Both the position numbers and the translations under genes were made by a program. Shown piece after piece: positions 49,759 through 62,759 of a DNA stretch of 64,000 nt. The notes beneath the pieces were generated by a model that was not told the origin of the DNA, made no database searches, and was given only the letters and a program-made list of their open reading frames with translations. This DNA is from Octopus sinensis (Eukaryota), in the NCBI RefSeq assembly GCF_006345805.1, contig NC_042999.1, positions 115,506,001 to 115,570,000 of the forward strand, read 5' to 3'. Numbering within the stretch: position 1 is the first letter of the stretch; the number at the start of each line of letters is the position of its first letter.

Positions 49759-49762
<4 letters not shown>
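49158..49762. mobile_element. Non-coding unit with ~110-bp inverted repeats (49161-49268 and 49635-49749) around the hammerhead
   Basis: CATGCGTAATTAAAGTCAGGAGAC...GAAAACCACCATGTGGATTTCTTA...TCAAAACCC matches the reverse complement of 49635-49749. The right arm is itself bounded by 15-bp TIRs TACCAGTGGTYAGCA. Confidence 0.85.
49351..49446 (-). ncRNA. Candidate type I hammerhead ribozyme
   Basis: Minus strand ACCTTA-CUGACGA-GCUA[55 nt]UAGU-GAA-ACUCAUGGGU-A-UAUGGU: intact core, stem I 5/6 bp, near-palindromic helix III, GUA cleavage triplet. Confidence 0.7.
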
Positions 49763-49807
<45 letters not shown>

Positions 49808-50130
49808 CTGTTCTGTGATGGCAAGATCAACAAAAAAGTACTCCATTTGGTGAGGGATAAATATTATTTAATAGACACAGTACATGGTTTTATGTGCTAC
49901 TTATAGTTTACCGCCTTTCATTTTCCATTTGTTAACCTTCCCCATTTTCTATATGCTTTCTTTTCAACTTTTCGCGTTTCTTCTCTCATTCAATTTTTAG
50001 TTAGTTATGATATGTGGTTTGTGCCTGGTGAATATGTTTGAGGTGTTTCTCAACATATGGAACTATTAGTAGCACATAAAAACATGCATTGTGTCTATTA
50101 AATAATACATATACATACATATATATATAT

Positions 50131-50383
50131 ATAGATTTCTAGTTTTATCGGATTTGAGGTTAATATTAGATTATTGCATTTATCTTATCATGGTCTTTAA
50201 GTTTCTTATGGGAACTATTAATTTCTTAAAATATTATATTTTTAATCAACAAGAAAGACTCCCAAGTGGCTGCAACAACATCGATATGTAGATATATTTC
50301 AGATTTAAATCTTTGGCATTAGTCTTGTTATATTTTTCGTCAAAAAGTCAAACTACGACCGTAATTTTCTAATAAATTTTTTT
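50131..50383 (-). mobile_element. Duplicated ~250-bp PLE RT N-terminal segment (copy of 54844-55095)
   Basis: Near-identical direct repeat; the minus strand encodes a DKTRNLY-like PLE motif. Confidence 0.85.
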
Positions 50384-50769
50384 GTGTCGTCTATTTGAAT
50401 GTTATGCGTTCTTGTCCCATTTTGTATTTTTATATATATTTTTTATACATATATATATATATGTACATGTATACATACATATGTATATGGGGGGATGAAT
50501 AGGTGTTTTTTTTGTGTTGACTTGTTTACATCCCTGTCGATTTGTTCGGCTAAACCCTTCAAGGCGGTATCTCAACATGGTCGCAGAGACCGAACGACTG
50601 AAACAAGTAAAAGATAAAAGACAAAAGAAAAAAAAAAAACCCTAAACAAATCAATTAATCACTCAAATATGTCAACCACGTGAGAAATAATAAAGTTATT
50701 TAATGCTATGAACATTAAATGCTTATGCAGTGAAGAAAGGACAACTTTAACTCACTGAATACATCATTA

Positions 50770-50930
50770 TCATTTAAGGCCCGGCTTCCATGCTGGTATG
50801 GGTTGGACAGTTCGACAGCGTCTGGTTTAGATGAACCAATGTCTTTTAGTATTCTTTATACGGTTTGATGTCCTTCCTAACGCCAATCACTTAACAGAGA
50901 CTACTGGGTACTTTTGCAATGCCCCAGCAT
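50770..50930 (+). mobile_element. Short interspersed repeat (SINE or LINE tail)
   Basis: TTCCATGCTGG-ATGGGTTGGAC...GATGTCCTTCCTAACGCCAA, recalled as a common repeat in such genomes; not verified. Confidence 0.4.
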
Positions 50931-50976
50931 GAGTGATGATTGCCTTGTAACTTGCTCGTGACTGACCGCTATAACG

Positions 50977-51026
<50 letters not shown>

Positions 51027-51499
51027 AGAGCGATGATCTTTGGAAAAGGCGGGGAGGAAATGGTAAGTGGTAGGCTGTGGTGGGCAACGAACAGAGAAGA
51101 AGGAAGGCATTAGTTACAGGGTTGAGAAAAGACAGAAATAGAGTTGAAAAAGTGATAATGTGGATTATATAAGGGACGGGGTTTATAGTTAGCCAACAAT
51201 AGTTAAATATTACTTCAATCATTTGGACATGCACAAGATATTGTTTATCGACACAGTGATACTTTAGTTATTGCATGAAAGTCTACACTTTTGCTGAAAA
51301 GTTTACTAATACAAAACATGTCGCGAGTTATCTCTCGCATTTTTTGAATTGAGTATCAAAATATAATCATTGAACTGATGTTTCTTTCCTCATCGCATAA
51401 ATATTTTTAATTTCATGTATTAATACTCATAGCAGTAAATATATTAATACTGAAATTGCCCCTGAATAAAAAGATGCTTAACTAAAATATGTTATCTGT

Positions 51500-52500
51500 C
51501 GAACAGCCGATAGTCAACTATCAGTTAATTTCAGTGAATAAAAGCAAACTTATCAACAAACAAATAGCTTGCAAATAATCTGTTAGTAAGAGAATATTAA
51601 AAAATAATATAATTGTGAGAGAATATAAAAAATTCCAATCAACAAACGCCCAGCCTTTTCAGATTAAATGTCACAGAATTATTAGAAGTATAGCGTCAAT
51701 AATAAAAGAATATGAGATTGTTGTCAATTTGACGTTTTTAATATTAAAACAGCTGTCTGTTATACTGAAAATTATAGAGAATATGTTAACAAAAAGTCTA
51801 CTCTCAAAAGATAACTGGGCAGCTATGAATAGAATCTGTGCGTGTGTGTAAACGATAATAATTTGGAGAAACAGCTAATCTAAAATAGATGTATAGGAAG
51901 AGCTCATGAAAGCAAAATAAGTAACTAAAGCAGGAAATAATGTATATTACTGAATAGAGTAAATGATAAGAAAAAGATATTAGAAAATGAGAGAACAACA
52001 GAATTCTAGTATTATATTTTATATTGATAATCATGCAAATGATACAAGGGGTGGGTAGTTAGCTGTTATGTGAAGAGTTTATAGCGCGGGGTCGATTGTT
52101 AGGGTTTCAAAGTTCATAGAGAAATGATGAGCGTTAAAAGGGTTAGATGTTTTTATACTAATACTGTATTGGGAGACGAAGAAATGCTAGTTAAGAGAAT
52201 AGTAGTTTTTGAAAGGAGGAAATGTGTTAGCCACAAATTTAAAAGTAAGAGTGCGTTTTAGAAGATGCAAAGTAAATTGTATGGGACGAAAATGTTCAGA
52301 GAAGACAATAACTAAAAAAAAAAATATTCTGCAGTTAATGTAATAATTGGACATGCATATCAATATATCGAATAAGGTTGAGAGTTTGCAATTTCAGAGA
52401 AATTGGGAAAATATAAAGTTAGTAGCTTATGAAAAATTCATTAAGAACAAAGAATTAAATTATTGGCTGGTAAAATTCATATGAAAGAAAAGTATTAGAA
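51500..52500 (-). mobile_element. Highly decayed Penelope-like RT remnant (tentative)
   Basis: Only scattered similarity (LTFKFVANTF.PFKNYY resembling LELVLTNNYF.FN..Y). Confidence 0.3.
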
Positions 52501-52734
52501 ACAGTAGTCCAAGTAGAATCAAGTTCCGTCTTATTTCCACTTTTGAGGCAGTTTATCGTTTTTTCTGTTTTTTAAAGAAAAAAGAATATATTTACAAGTA
52601 CTGTATTTGGTAGCTATGAGACTTCAAAGAAAAGAAATAATATGAAAAGTAATTAAATATTATAACGATATTAAGTATTTTATATACTATATTAAAAAAT
52701 AAAATTTAAATATTTAACTATAAGTGATATTAAT

Positions 52735-53060
52735 AATGGTTTCAAGTTTTGGCACAAGGCCAGGAATTTCGGAGGAGGAGATAAATCGATTGCATCGATC
52801 GCAGTGTTCAACTGGTACTTACTATATCGACTCCGAAGGATGAAAGGCAAAGTCGACGTTGGCGACGGACGCGTTATGATATTAATATTGTCATAGATAT
52901 AGGGCGGCGAACTGGCAGACCCGTTAGCATGCCGGGCTAAATGCTTAGCGGCATTTTGTCCGAATTTACGTTCTGAATTCAAATTTCGCTGAGGTCGATT
53001 TTGCTTTTTATCCTTTCGGGGTCAATAAAATAAGTATTAGTTGTGCAATGGGCTCGAAAT
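52735..53060. mobile_element. Two SINE family A copies in opposite orientation
   Basis: Minus copy at about 52735-52870 and plus copy at about 52900-53060. Confidence 0.75.
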
Positions 53061-53599
53061 TGCTGACCTTGAACCAATATTGACATGGATTGTAAATATA
53101 TTATGTAAACGTTGTGAGGGCCAAATGAAAAAAATGAATGGGTAACTAGTTTAAGGGCTATAAATCAAACTTATAGTTACAATGCATTCTGCCTTCAACA
53201 AGTTAGTTTCGCAATCTCTGAAAGGTAGTCGAAAGCAATATCTTGATTTCTTTAATATAAATCGTACTTCATTTTTGTCAGCATGTAATAAAAGGTATAT
53301 ATTCATGTGAGTGGTTATGTATTTATGCGTGTCTAGTGCGGGATATGAATTTTATAGGGATACTGTGGGTGAGAATGATAACAAATATAGAGGAGCTTAT
53401 ATGTTTTTGTACACATATTCTCTGTTCGAATATACTGTGAGGTGAGTGATTTTTTATATATATATGCTGTAAATTGTTCCGAGAGATTTTTATTGTATTT
53501 ATTATAAATAATATTTTTCATGTTTCCTCGGTACAAAAAAACAAACAAACAAAAAAAAAAACCCATAGCGGAAGAAATAATATTACTATTTCTTATTAT

Positions 53600-55095
53600 T
53601 TCTTCCGCTATGAGTTTAGAGTCAAGTCGGCAATTTGCTTGATGGCAGAAATTGCATTTGCGGTTGGTTTAGTCAGTTATAGATTTATATTCATTCTTAT
53701 ATAGATATCCGAAGATGCAAGTATTTGAGCGAAGTAGTGGAGGAAGTCTGCATATTTGTCAAATATTTTGTAATATCTATGTAGTGAATGAAAAAAGGCA
53801 TACTGATTAGTTTTAATAATTGAGCTGTTCGAGGTGCGATAGTTTTGTTGAAAGGGTATTATATATGACTATATTACGCCTCCTATTTTTGCAGTCGTAG
53901 TTTTCTTGAATATATGCATTTTTTCATGATAACCACTTTTATGGTAAGGCGTCGTTATAGTAAAGTGCATTTTCATGAAATATTTGTTTGTAGAAAGTTT
54001 TGATTCTTAGCTGCGTAATTTTGACAATGTAGTTTGTTATATGCTTGTGATGAGGTGACAAGCACTGTAATCAAGTGAATGGTTTGGTTTGTGAAAAGAA
54101 AAGAACATGTAGAGCGATGTTATGTTCAGTAATTATTTTGAGTCTTTCTGGATCAGAGAAGTAATACAACTTGGCCTTATTTGTTCACATTGAGGTTCTT
54201 CAAAATTAATACGGCATCGTCTTAGCAAAAGCTGGCATCTAGACGTGATAGTTACTGTTCTCATTAGTTAACAGATATAAACACACAATGTCACTGATCT
54301 TTGTTAAATCACAGGCTAACGTACAATCGTCGGAAAAATTGCCAAAATTTTTCCTCTACAATTCATTGTCATATTCTAAATTTGTTTCCTTGGCAAGTAT
54401 TGTTATTTCGATTTCCGTTTCATTAATGTTTGTAACTGATCGTGCAAAATTTAGGGCTTTTCGAAGTACATTTTGATTAAGCGACGGATAATATTCTTGA
54501 ATACAAGACTACATAAATCGGCGTGTTTTTTTTCTTTTGTTATAAAATGGTACCATACTTCTAGAACATGTTTATTGTTCCATAGTGGTAAAACTAATTT
54601 GATTTTTGGCACTATTCTGTCAAGGATAGTTTTACTATTTCACCGATGCTGGTTTTAGTGGAATTAACGAATCCTATTGTTGATTTCTGCTGGTGTTATT
54701 GATTGTAAAGTTTTTAGTTCTATCATCAATATTCAGTTCTATCGTCAATTTTCTTTTCTTGTTTGTTGATTTCATATATGATATATTTTCAATTTTCCTA
54801 TATTAGTTGGCGATTGAGTTTGAAATATTGTGGTCAATTTGATATAGATTTCTAGTTTTATCGGATTTGAGGTTAATATTAGATTATTGCATTTATCTTA
54901 TCATGGTCTTTAAGTTTCTTATGGGAACTATTAAATTCTTAAAATCTTATATTTTTAATCAACAAGAAAGACTCCCAAGTGGCCGCAACAACATCGATAT
55001 GTAGATATATTTCAGATTTAAATCTTTGGCATTAGTCTTGTTATATTTTTCGTCAAAAAGTCAAACTACGCCCGTAATTTTCTAATAAAATTTTT
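53600..55095 (-). mobile_element. Decayed AT-rich Penelope-like element reverse transcriptase
   Basis: Minus strand across frameshifts: DKTRNLYQ, TKTSIGEIVK, ILDRIVPKIKLVLPLWNNKHVLE, IQEYYPSLNQNVLRKALNFARS, DDAVLI, RLKIITEHNI, IFHENALYYNDAL..SGYHEK, RRRNIV. Confidence 0.8.
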
Positions 55096-55659
55096 ATTTT
55101 TTGTCGAATTAAGTTTTGTTTGAAGGCAAGGAAAGTTTTATAGCTGATGCAGTGGATTAAATTGCTCTGCTGAAACAACGTAATATGGTTACAGTTCATA
55201 CTTGTTCATGGAATAAAGTTGGCTGCTCTCAATACAAAGGACTCGACACCGGCTAACTATAAGTTAAAAATCCAAACAATACTCTTGTTTCTCTCCTGAA
55301 CCAACGATAAAGCTTCTATGTGGTTGCTCGGTCTGTTAGAAATGGTAGTCAAATCTCCATCACACCTCTCGTACCGTCTTTAAACAGAACTTACAACTGA
55401 GTGTGATCTAGGTTTTTAGTGGAGAAAATATAGTATGTGGTCACTGCTGCATTAACTTTGATAATAAATTTATTCGACCAGAGCTGACCTGGGATTAAGC
55501 AACAACTGCGAAAAACAACAGTAGCAGCTGCAACAGCAACAAAAACAGCAGCAACAGCAAAAACAGCCTTAACAACAACAATAACTCGTTTCTCGCCAAA
55601 AATGAGAAGTTATTAAGCAATGTAGAAATGTCACATATTCCAATATGTAACTTAACTAA

Positions 55660-55850
55660 GACGGTGAGCTGGCAGAATCGATAAGCACGCCGGGTTAAAT
55701 GCTTAGCGGCATTTTGTCTGTCTTTACGTTTACAGTTTAAATTTTACCGAAGTCGATAAAATAAGTACCCGTTGAATACTGGGATCGATATAATCGACTT
55801 ACCCACTTCACTGAACTCGCTGGTCTTGTACCAAAATTTGAAAACAGTAT
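55660..55850 (+). mobile_element. SINE family A
   Basis: GGTGAGCTGGCAGAATCG...ATGCTTAGCGGCATTT...GTCGATAAAATAAGTACC. Confidence 0.82.
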
Positions 55851-56449
55851 GTAACTTATGAAATTGGGAATGTTTCTTTGTAGAAAAGTCTGAATCACAA
55901 TACGAATACTATAGAAAGATTAAAAGTAAAACTGTAGAACTAGCGTTATTATTGTATAAATGGAAATTATTGTATAAATGTAATTATAATTTTAATGAGA
56001 CAAAAGACTTATACAATAATCATGTATTTATTCGATCAAAACTAGTTACGCATTCATATTTATGTGTACCCCCTCCAACGTTTGCATATCACATTCATTA
56101 CTAATGCAAATAATATCAATATTTAAATATTTTGATTTTATTTTTAAAATAATATTTAAAATTCTTGATAAGGTTATGATATTTCTTATCTTTTAGAGTC
56201 TGATTTAATATAATTTCGTGTGATTTGTAACACAATATTTCATTAATACCATAGCAAAATTTCTTCTGTTTTAAGCCTTATATTATAAGGTATCACATGG
56301 ATAATAGCTTATATATTCCTAAAGCTAGTGAAAAATGCTGAAATAGCGCAAATGCCGAAAATGTACGAAAACGAACAAAGCTCTTGACTACAAAGTAACA
56401 AGGAGCGGGAACATTTTCGTATCAGCATTCTCTGTTATTATACCTTCCA

Positions 56450-56680
56450 TGAAGGTGGTGAGCTGCTAGAATCATTGAAGCGTTGAAAAAAAAACAAAAA
56501 AAACAAGGAAAAATAGTCGGCCCTCCGGTATTTGTTCCGGTACTTTACGTTTTGAGTTCAAATACCAACGAAGTCAACTTTGACTTTCAATCTTTCAGGG
56601 TCAAATGTAGCGGTCGATGTAATCAGCTAATCGTTTACCTTGTTCCTAAATCAGAAGCCATTATACCATTTGATCATTTG
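56450..56680 (+). mobile_element. SINE family A, decayed
   Basis: GGTGAGCTG--AGAATC, GAGTTCAAAT, GTCAACTTTG. Confidence 0.65.
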
Positions 56681-56859
56681 CTTTTCCCTTCATTTAGTTT
56701 TTATTCTTTTTTCTATTTCGTTCCTTTTCTATTTATATTTTTTGTATACAAAGTCATCATTTTTTTCTTTGTCCTTTTGTCACACACGATATACAGTGGA
56801 TATGATAAAATCCAAATTGCTTCGATGCTTGATAACTTTCAGCATTTGGAGAAAAATAA

Positions 56860-57352
56860 GTATACGTGTACACCGTTTTAGAGCCTGCTGACGTAAGAAA
56901 GTTGATACAGATGGTTTTAAACATACGATTTGGGTATTTGGTGAATATCTGCGATCTTTCTGTTCGTATAACCGGGGTTGGTGTCGATGTTAATCTCAAT
57001 TGGCCAGAGAGAGCGAGGCGAGGTGCAGCTTCAGCTGAAAGCTTTCCTGATCGACATCTTGAAAACCTCTTCTGGCACATACGTTCCATAACATCATCCT
57101 TTTCGTACACAGCGCATATCTTCCTGCAGGCTTCCGCCGCTTTCTTTCGTTTTCTATAATAAAAAAAACATGAAGTGTCGACAATGTTCATTTTGGTTCC
57201 CCAACCTGTCTTGTTGCAATTTCGCGTCGGGCTACGTTGAAGTGTCAAGTATCTAAGGAGTGCATATGCGTAAGGGACAGACTGAAGTTAGCTACTTTTT
57301 TACTGATGTTTAGAGGCGACAAACATCGAATGGACTTTTTGGCCAACTCAAT
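56860..57352 (-). mobile_element. Mariner 5' fragment (HTH domain) with left TIR
   Basis: FYYRKRKKAAEACRKICAVY...ERMCQKRFSRCRSG; TIR-like TATTGAGTTGGCCAAAAAGTCC near 57350. Confidence 0.85.
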
Positions 57353-57559
57353 ACAAATATATTTAGTCAAATCCGTATGACTGATGTATTTAGTCGTGTA
57401 TTTAATGTAAAATCTGGTTTAATGTTAGTCTTTTCGGTAGCTTGGAACGAAGACTGAACTGTCCACTTAGTCTGTTCAATCATTGCTCGAAGTTGCCTAA
57501 AAGGCCTTCACGGCACTTCAGTTTTATCACAGGGAACTAGAAAATAAGATAAATAAGTT

Positions 57560-58150
57560 AAATTCCTTGGATATTTATCATTCCTGCATTTTGTTTACCG
57601 ACGACATTTAAGTAACAGACATTTATAGATTCTTTCAAAAAACATCTTTCCAGAGAAATACTCTAACGTAGTGGTATTAAAATCACACAAATAGACATAA
57701 ACATTGATAGAAGAGAACTAATCTACACATGGTAAACGAGACATTTAAAAGATTTTCTATACTGCGAATGCTATAATAAATGTAACAATATTCAGCTGTT
57801 GTAAGTGAATTTCTCAAAATTACATATTCTACTCTAAATGGCAAATATATCATGAAAAACCTAACTTTGTCTATATGTGTGATAAATCAAGGCTGGCGAA
57901 ATACAAAATTTATTTAAGAAAAAAATTTGATGAAACAAACAGCACAGGAACATTTTAAATCAATTCAGAACAACCAAGAATAATCCATAGAAAGACATAA
58001 GAACTGAGAGAAAAACTCGCCAAACATATAAAGAAGCAAAACCAGAATATATTTAATCAATAAGATATTGAATGCTCATACGAATTTTCTTAAATTGCAC
58101 GCTGAATCTCATTAAATTTCTTTAAAATAGTTTGTGTATTAAAGCATTTC
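57560..58150 (+). mobile_element. Possible highly decayed PLE GIY-YIG region
   Basis: Weak resemblance only, at nucleotide level, to a YVIKC.GC..YIG motif. Confidence 0.25.
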
Positions 58151-58759
58151 TTTAATTAACCCTGGATGATAGTTTAATGTCAGATAACTATGGAGGCGAA
58201 TTAGAAGAGCTGTTAGAGCATTCTGTCGAGTTATACTTTTAACCTTTATCAATCCAGAAAGGTGGATTGCGGAAGTGTAAGAACGTATTTTTTCCGGTTT
58301 TTGTGTTCCGTGTTCAAATCCTGATTTAGGCTATTTCGATGTAAGGGTTTATTAATCGCCTTGTTTAACACCATTGCTTGGCACTTTGGATGCCCTTTTG
58401 GGTGTCTATTTTGTTGCAAGCAATCGAGCGAAGTCTCCGTTTTGTAGAAAACTTTCCTTCTATCAATCTGAGTAAAATATATACTGTTCAAATACCAGAG
58501 ATGATAACCCTGCTCCAAAATATCTCTTCTGGTGTGGGCATCATTTAGAAAACAGTATTAACACTAAAAAAAAAAAAAACATTTGATGGAGGAAAGAATC
58601 GATAATGTAAAGGGTATGATTGATTTAATCGACTACAAAATATGTAACCTTGTGCTACATAAACGGTTATACAAGGTTCGTACTGAACATATTGCAAAAG
58701 TGGATATAGCATTTTCTTAACTAACATGTCATTCAAATGTTGGCAAAGTAACTCACCAT

Positions 58760-59600
58760 ATATACAACGTTAATACTCCACATAGTCTCCATCACAAGTG
58801 ATGTGTTTGCTCCATCAGTCAACGAAAGTTTTGAATCCTCTTTAAAAAGAATTCAAGTATGTTCTGTTGTACATTCTTCTTCACAGCCAATTTCACCTTT
58901 GAAATTGTTGTCTCCAAAGACTGTACTTCATTGTACGAACAGATGGTAGAAGTGCGCCAGATCCTCTGATCAACCCAATTTGCCAATTGTCTAATTTGTT
59001 GCCAAAGGTGTATGTAGCCATGCATTGTTATGGAGAATGCGAATCGTTTTCAGATACTTGTTCAGTCTTTTTCAATGGATTCTCTAAGCGCTTTCTTTAC
59101 CTTAGTGGACTACTCACTCTTCACAATAGAACCACCTTCCAGAAAATAAGGGGAATGACGCCCTTGATATTCCGCCAATCCGCAAAAACCAAAACAAAAA
59201 ACAGTTACCATGGCTTTCTGGGCCGATCACAAACTCTACCTTATGCATTGGAGAAAACACTATTCTATGGACTGAGCTTTATTTTCCGGACCATAAGGAT
59301 ACACCCATGTTTCATCTTTTGCCACCAGATCGAAAAAAAATACATGTTATCATTGGCTTCAAATGCTTCCAGGAAATCAGAACAGATTTCTACCTTTCTC
59401 TCTTTCAAATCAAGTGTCAGCTACCGTGATACCCGCTTTGCACACACTTTTCCTTACCCAGAATCCGCTACCATCTTCTGTAAGGCATTGTCACCACAGA
59501 CCAGTCGTACAGTAAATTCACCGATTGTGTCGTCTGTCTGCGCCAATCAATTTGTTCACTCGCTATGAAACAGTCATAATCAGTAAGTCTTGTACAAACG
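58760..59600 (-). mobile_element. Mariner (DD34D) transposase pseudogene
   Basis: VAKDETWVYPYGPENKAQS, KAMVTVF and other broken motifs on the minus strand. The 58987-59568 plus ORF is its antisense shadow. Confidence 0.78.
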
Positions 59601-60129
59601 GCATAGTTAATAGGATTTGAGGAAATTGATGCAGACGATATTCGCAACGAAGACTTTAAAGAGCTAGTAAAAAGTTTCCTCCACAACTGGTTTCTAGAGT
59701 TGTGATCTTATCTAAAAGTCTTAGTGAAATAATTCATGCTTTAAAGCGATTTTCAGAAAATAATTTAAGCGTGAAAGTTAAAACGAAACATGAATATAAA
59801 AGATCTATAATGGTAACATTGAAGTGTTATAAAGATAAACCAGCATATCGTAAGAAAACGAAGTAGTCATCCATTGATACCGCGTTTTTTTTAATAAAGA
59901 TAAAAAATCTAAAAGAACCATCAATATAACATATTTTTGCTGCATCGTAAGATGACATTCTCTATATAGGGATGGGCGTTATATTTTAAATTAGAAAACA
60001 TTTCAGTTCTATATTTAAGAGATGAGGAATTATGCACATTATTTACAATTCACGGATATTTGTCCAAATCTTGTTTATTGATATACCCTCAAGCCTTCAT
60101 CAAGTGTCTTGGGAAATCTGGGTTCTCAT

Positions 60130-60260
60130 TCCTAAGGTATTTTTCGATGTTGTTGTTGTTATTATTATTAGTATTATTCAGGTCACTGCCTGGAATCGAA
60201 CTCGGAATCTTGGGGTTAGTAGCCCGCGATCTTAACCATTATGCCATATGCCCGTGGGCA
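60130..60260 (-). mobile_element. tRNA-derived SINE head
   Basis: GGGCATATGGCATAATGGTTAAG...GAGTTCGATTCC (A and B boxes); the acceptor stem does not pair. Confidence 0.65.
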
Positions 60261-60379
60261 ATTATGGAGTGCATTTTAGGGATTATAAATCTAATATTCT
60301 CATATCCTTCCTTAATACTGGTTACCATATGTTTCCAGATGTCATAGAAAGTGTGGCTTAGAGATAATTGTTTCTAACA

Positions 60380-60720
60380 TATGCACAAGGCTAGTAATTT
60401 GACAGGAGGCAGGTTTAATCGATTACATCGATTTCAAGTGCTTGATTGGTTCTAACTTTTTAGATCAAAGAAGGATTAAAAGTAAAATTGATCATGATTG
60501 GGTTTGAACTCAGAATGGCATTTTATCCGACACTGTAACGATTCTCCCAATTAATCACTCCTTCTGCGATCTACAGATAATGGTTTCTAATATGAGTACA
60601 AGGCCTACAAGTTTTGGGGAAAGGGGTTGTCTTTCGCCTCCAGTTCTTGGTTGGTAAATAATTTTATCGATTTCGTAGAGATGGAAGGCAAAGTTGACCC
60701 CGACAGCATTTGAAAACAGA
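60380..60720 (-). mobile_element. Two decayed SINE family A copies
   Basis: Reverse complement family A motifs at about 60380-60550 and 60590-60720. Confidence 0.6.
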
Positions 60721-60938
60721 CCGTAAAGAGCCAGATGAATGATCTACAAATAAAATAAAGTAAGAACGGTGAAAAATATTGGTTCGTATAGAAATGGACA
60801 TTTCGAAGACATAGAAAAGTAATTGAGTGATTGAATTCATAATGACTGTTGTATAAAGACAGGGAAAGCAATTATTCCTTCGCCTAATTTCTATTTAAAG
60901 ATTTATATAAAAACTAACAGAAAGTGAGGGTGAGACAG

Positions 60939-60944
<6 letters not shown>

Positions 60945-61015
<71 letters not shown>
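60945..61015. repeat. (AG)n microsatellite
   Basis: Direct reading. Confidence 0.95.
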
Positions 61016-61018
<3 letters not shown>

Positions 61019-61934
61019 GGAAGATTGGTAACCTTGTTACTAATCAGAAAATTCACAATCACAGGTAATTTGTTCATAATGCAAATGCAGCTAAAACTCA
61101 GAGAGAAAGAGAGAGAGAGAGAGAGAAGAGAAAGAGAGAGAGAGAGAAGGAGAGAAAAAGAAAGAGATTTATTTATTGATAAGTAGATAAAATGTTTGCA
61201 ATATTAAATACAAACAAACAAGCTTTGAATATTTATTGTGCTTAAATGAAGACTCTAGTATAAAATGTTATTCATATCTATCACTTCCATGACATTTGAA
61301 TGTCAAATGTGTCTCGGCTATTCAACAGCTATGATAAATGCATCATACATTTGCTCAGTTATCGTGTTCAAAGCATTGTTTTCTATTTTTTCTAAATTTT
61401 CAAGCGAAACGTTGTTGAACGTCAGCAAAGATTTACTGCAATAAAAGACAGCAACAACAGATACTAACGTTACTATTAATGAATTGTATAATCTCTCTGT
61501 GTGTCTCTCTCTTCCTCTCTTTCTATCGATATATGTATATTTTTGGGCGGGTGTACATGTGTTTGTGCACGTTTATCTCCAGTGCTAAAGAGTACTGTCA
61601 CCAACACCGGTTCCATGTCCACAAATCGCCAGCGTCCAAACAACTGCGCCCAACTGTCTCATTCCGAATATACTATGCTTATTTATTGAATCAATTTAAT
61701 GTTACTTCTTTGGCCTCTAAATTTCTATCTCGCGTACTTAGACAATTTATGGAATTTGTTTCGATTATAATATATTCAGTTATTGATTTTGATTTCGAAA
61801 TCGTCAAAATATATTAGTACTAAATTCTATATACTAGTACTAAATTATTAGTACTAAATTCTAGATACACTAAATCCTATATTCTCTGTTCCTGTTATAG
61901 TTCGATTTTACTGTGTTTTCTCTCAAGTAAGTGA

Positions 61935-61969
<35 letters not shown>

Positions 61970-62119
61970 ACATACATATACATACATATATATATACACT
62001 CTTATATAGTAATATTTCAAAATTTCTATTATCGATGTGCAATGAAACGGTGCGCTCTTTTCCATAAAACATTTTCACTAAATCGGGCGTAGACGAAAGG
62101 TGGATAAGAAGATCGCTTG

Positions 62120-62440
62120 GCAATTATGTGGTTTCGGGTTCAGTCCCACTGCCCAGCACATTGGGCAAGCACCCCGTGCGGCTAATGTTTTGTGAGTGAA
62201 CTTGATAGAAAGAGAATGTGTGGAAGCCTGACTTATGCATAAGTGTATGTGTACTGTCTTTCAGTTCTCCTCACTGTTTGGCAACCGGTGTTGGTTTGTT
62301 CATGTCCCTGTAATCTAGTGTTTTAGTAAAAGAGGTCAATAGATAAGTATCAAAGAGAATACTGGGGTAGAATTCATTGGTAATCCTTCAAGGCGGTGCT
62401 CCAGCATGGCTGCAGTCAAATGACTGAAATGAGTAAAAAA
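62120..62440 (+). mobile_element. SINE family B
   Basis: GGTTCAGTCCCACTG...CAAGGCGGTGCTCCAGCATGGC...GACTGAAA. Confidence 0.8.
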
Positions 62441-62759
62441 CTAAACGTGTCTAAGCAATTTTCTTTAGTTGATGTAATAAACATCAACAAAATCTGTACT
62501 CTGTTATAGCGATTTCAGTTAAGCAATTTGCCCTGTTTATTTCCACGAAACTCTAACATAATTGTAATTACATAAAATATACTTCTATTATCATTTTCAT
62601 AAGTTTTTGTCAGCTAATAATTAGATACAAAGAGCGATAAGACGACCTTGCTTGAAAAACCTTTGATATAGTTCTGTTCAACCACCACAGATCTGAGAGT
62701 TTAGCAGCAACAAAAAGTGGTCGGAACAGAAAAAATAGCTTGGGTCAACTGCAAGATGA

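Noticed and set aside
55520-55585. CAG/CAA-rich tract as a polyglutamine exon
   Set aside because: No flanking open frame or splice signals; simple repeat.
58160-58210. CCTGGATGA...GGCGAAA hammerhead-like text
   Set aside because: The core has an extra base and there is no stem I or III pairing.
58987-59568. 193-aa plus-strand ORF
   Set aside because: Antisense to a mariner pseudogene; no recognisable motif of its own.
60185-60256. tRNA gene candidate, also 18540-18615 and 37228-37300
   Set aside because: A and B boxes are present but the acceptor and T stems do not form a cloverleaf; these are SINE heads.
61583-61690. Segment after a good acceptor (TTTATCTCCAG) as a terminal exon
   Set aside because: The peptide is unrecognisable and such sites arise by chance in 64 kb.
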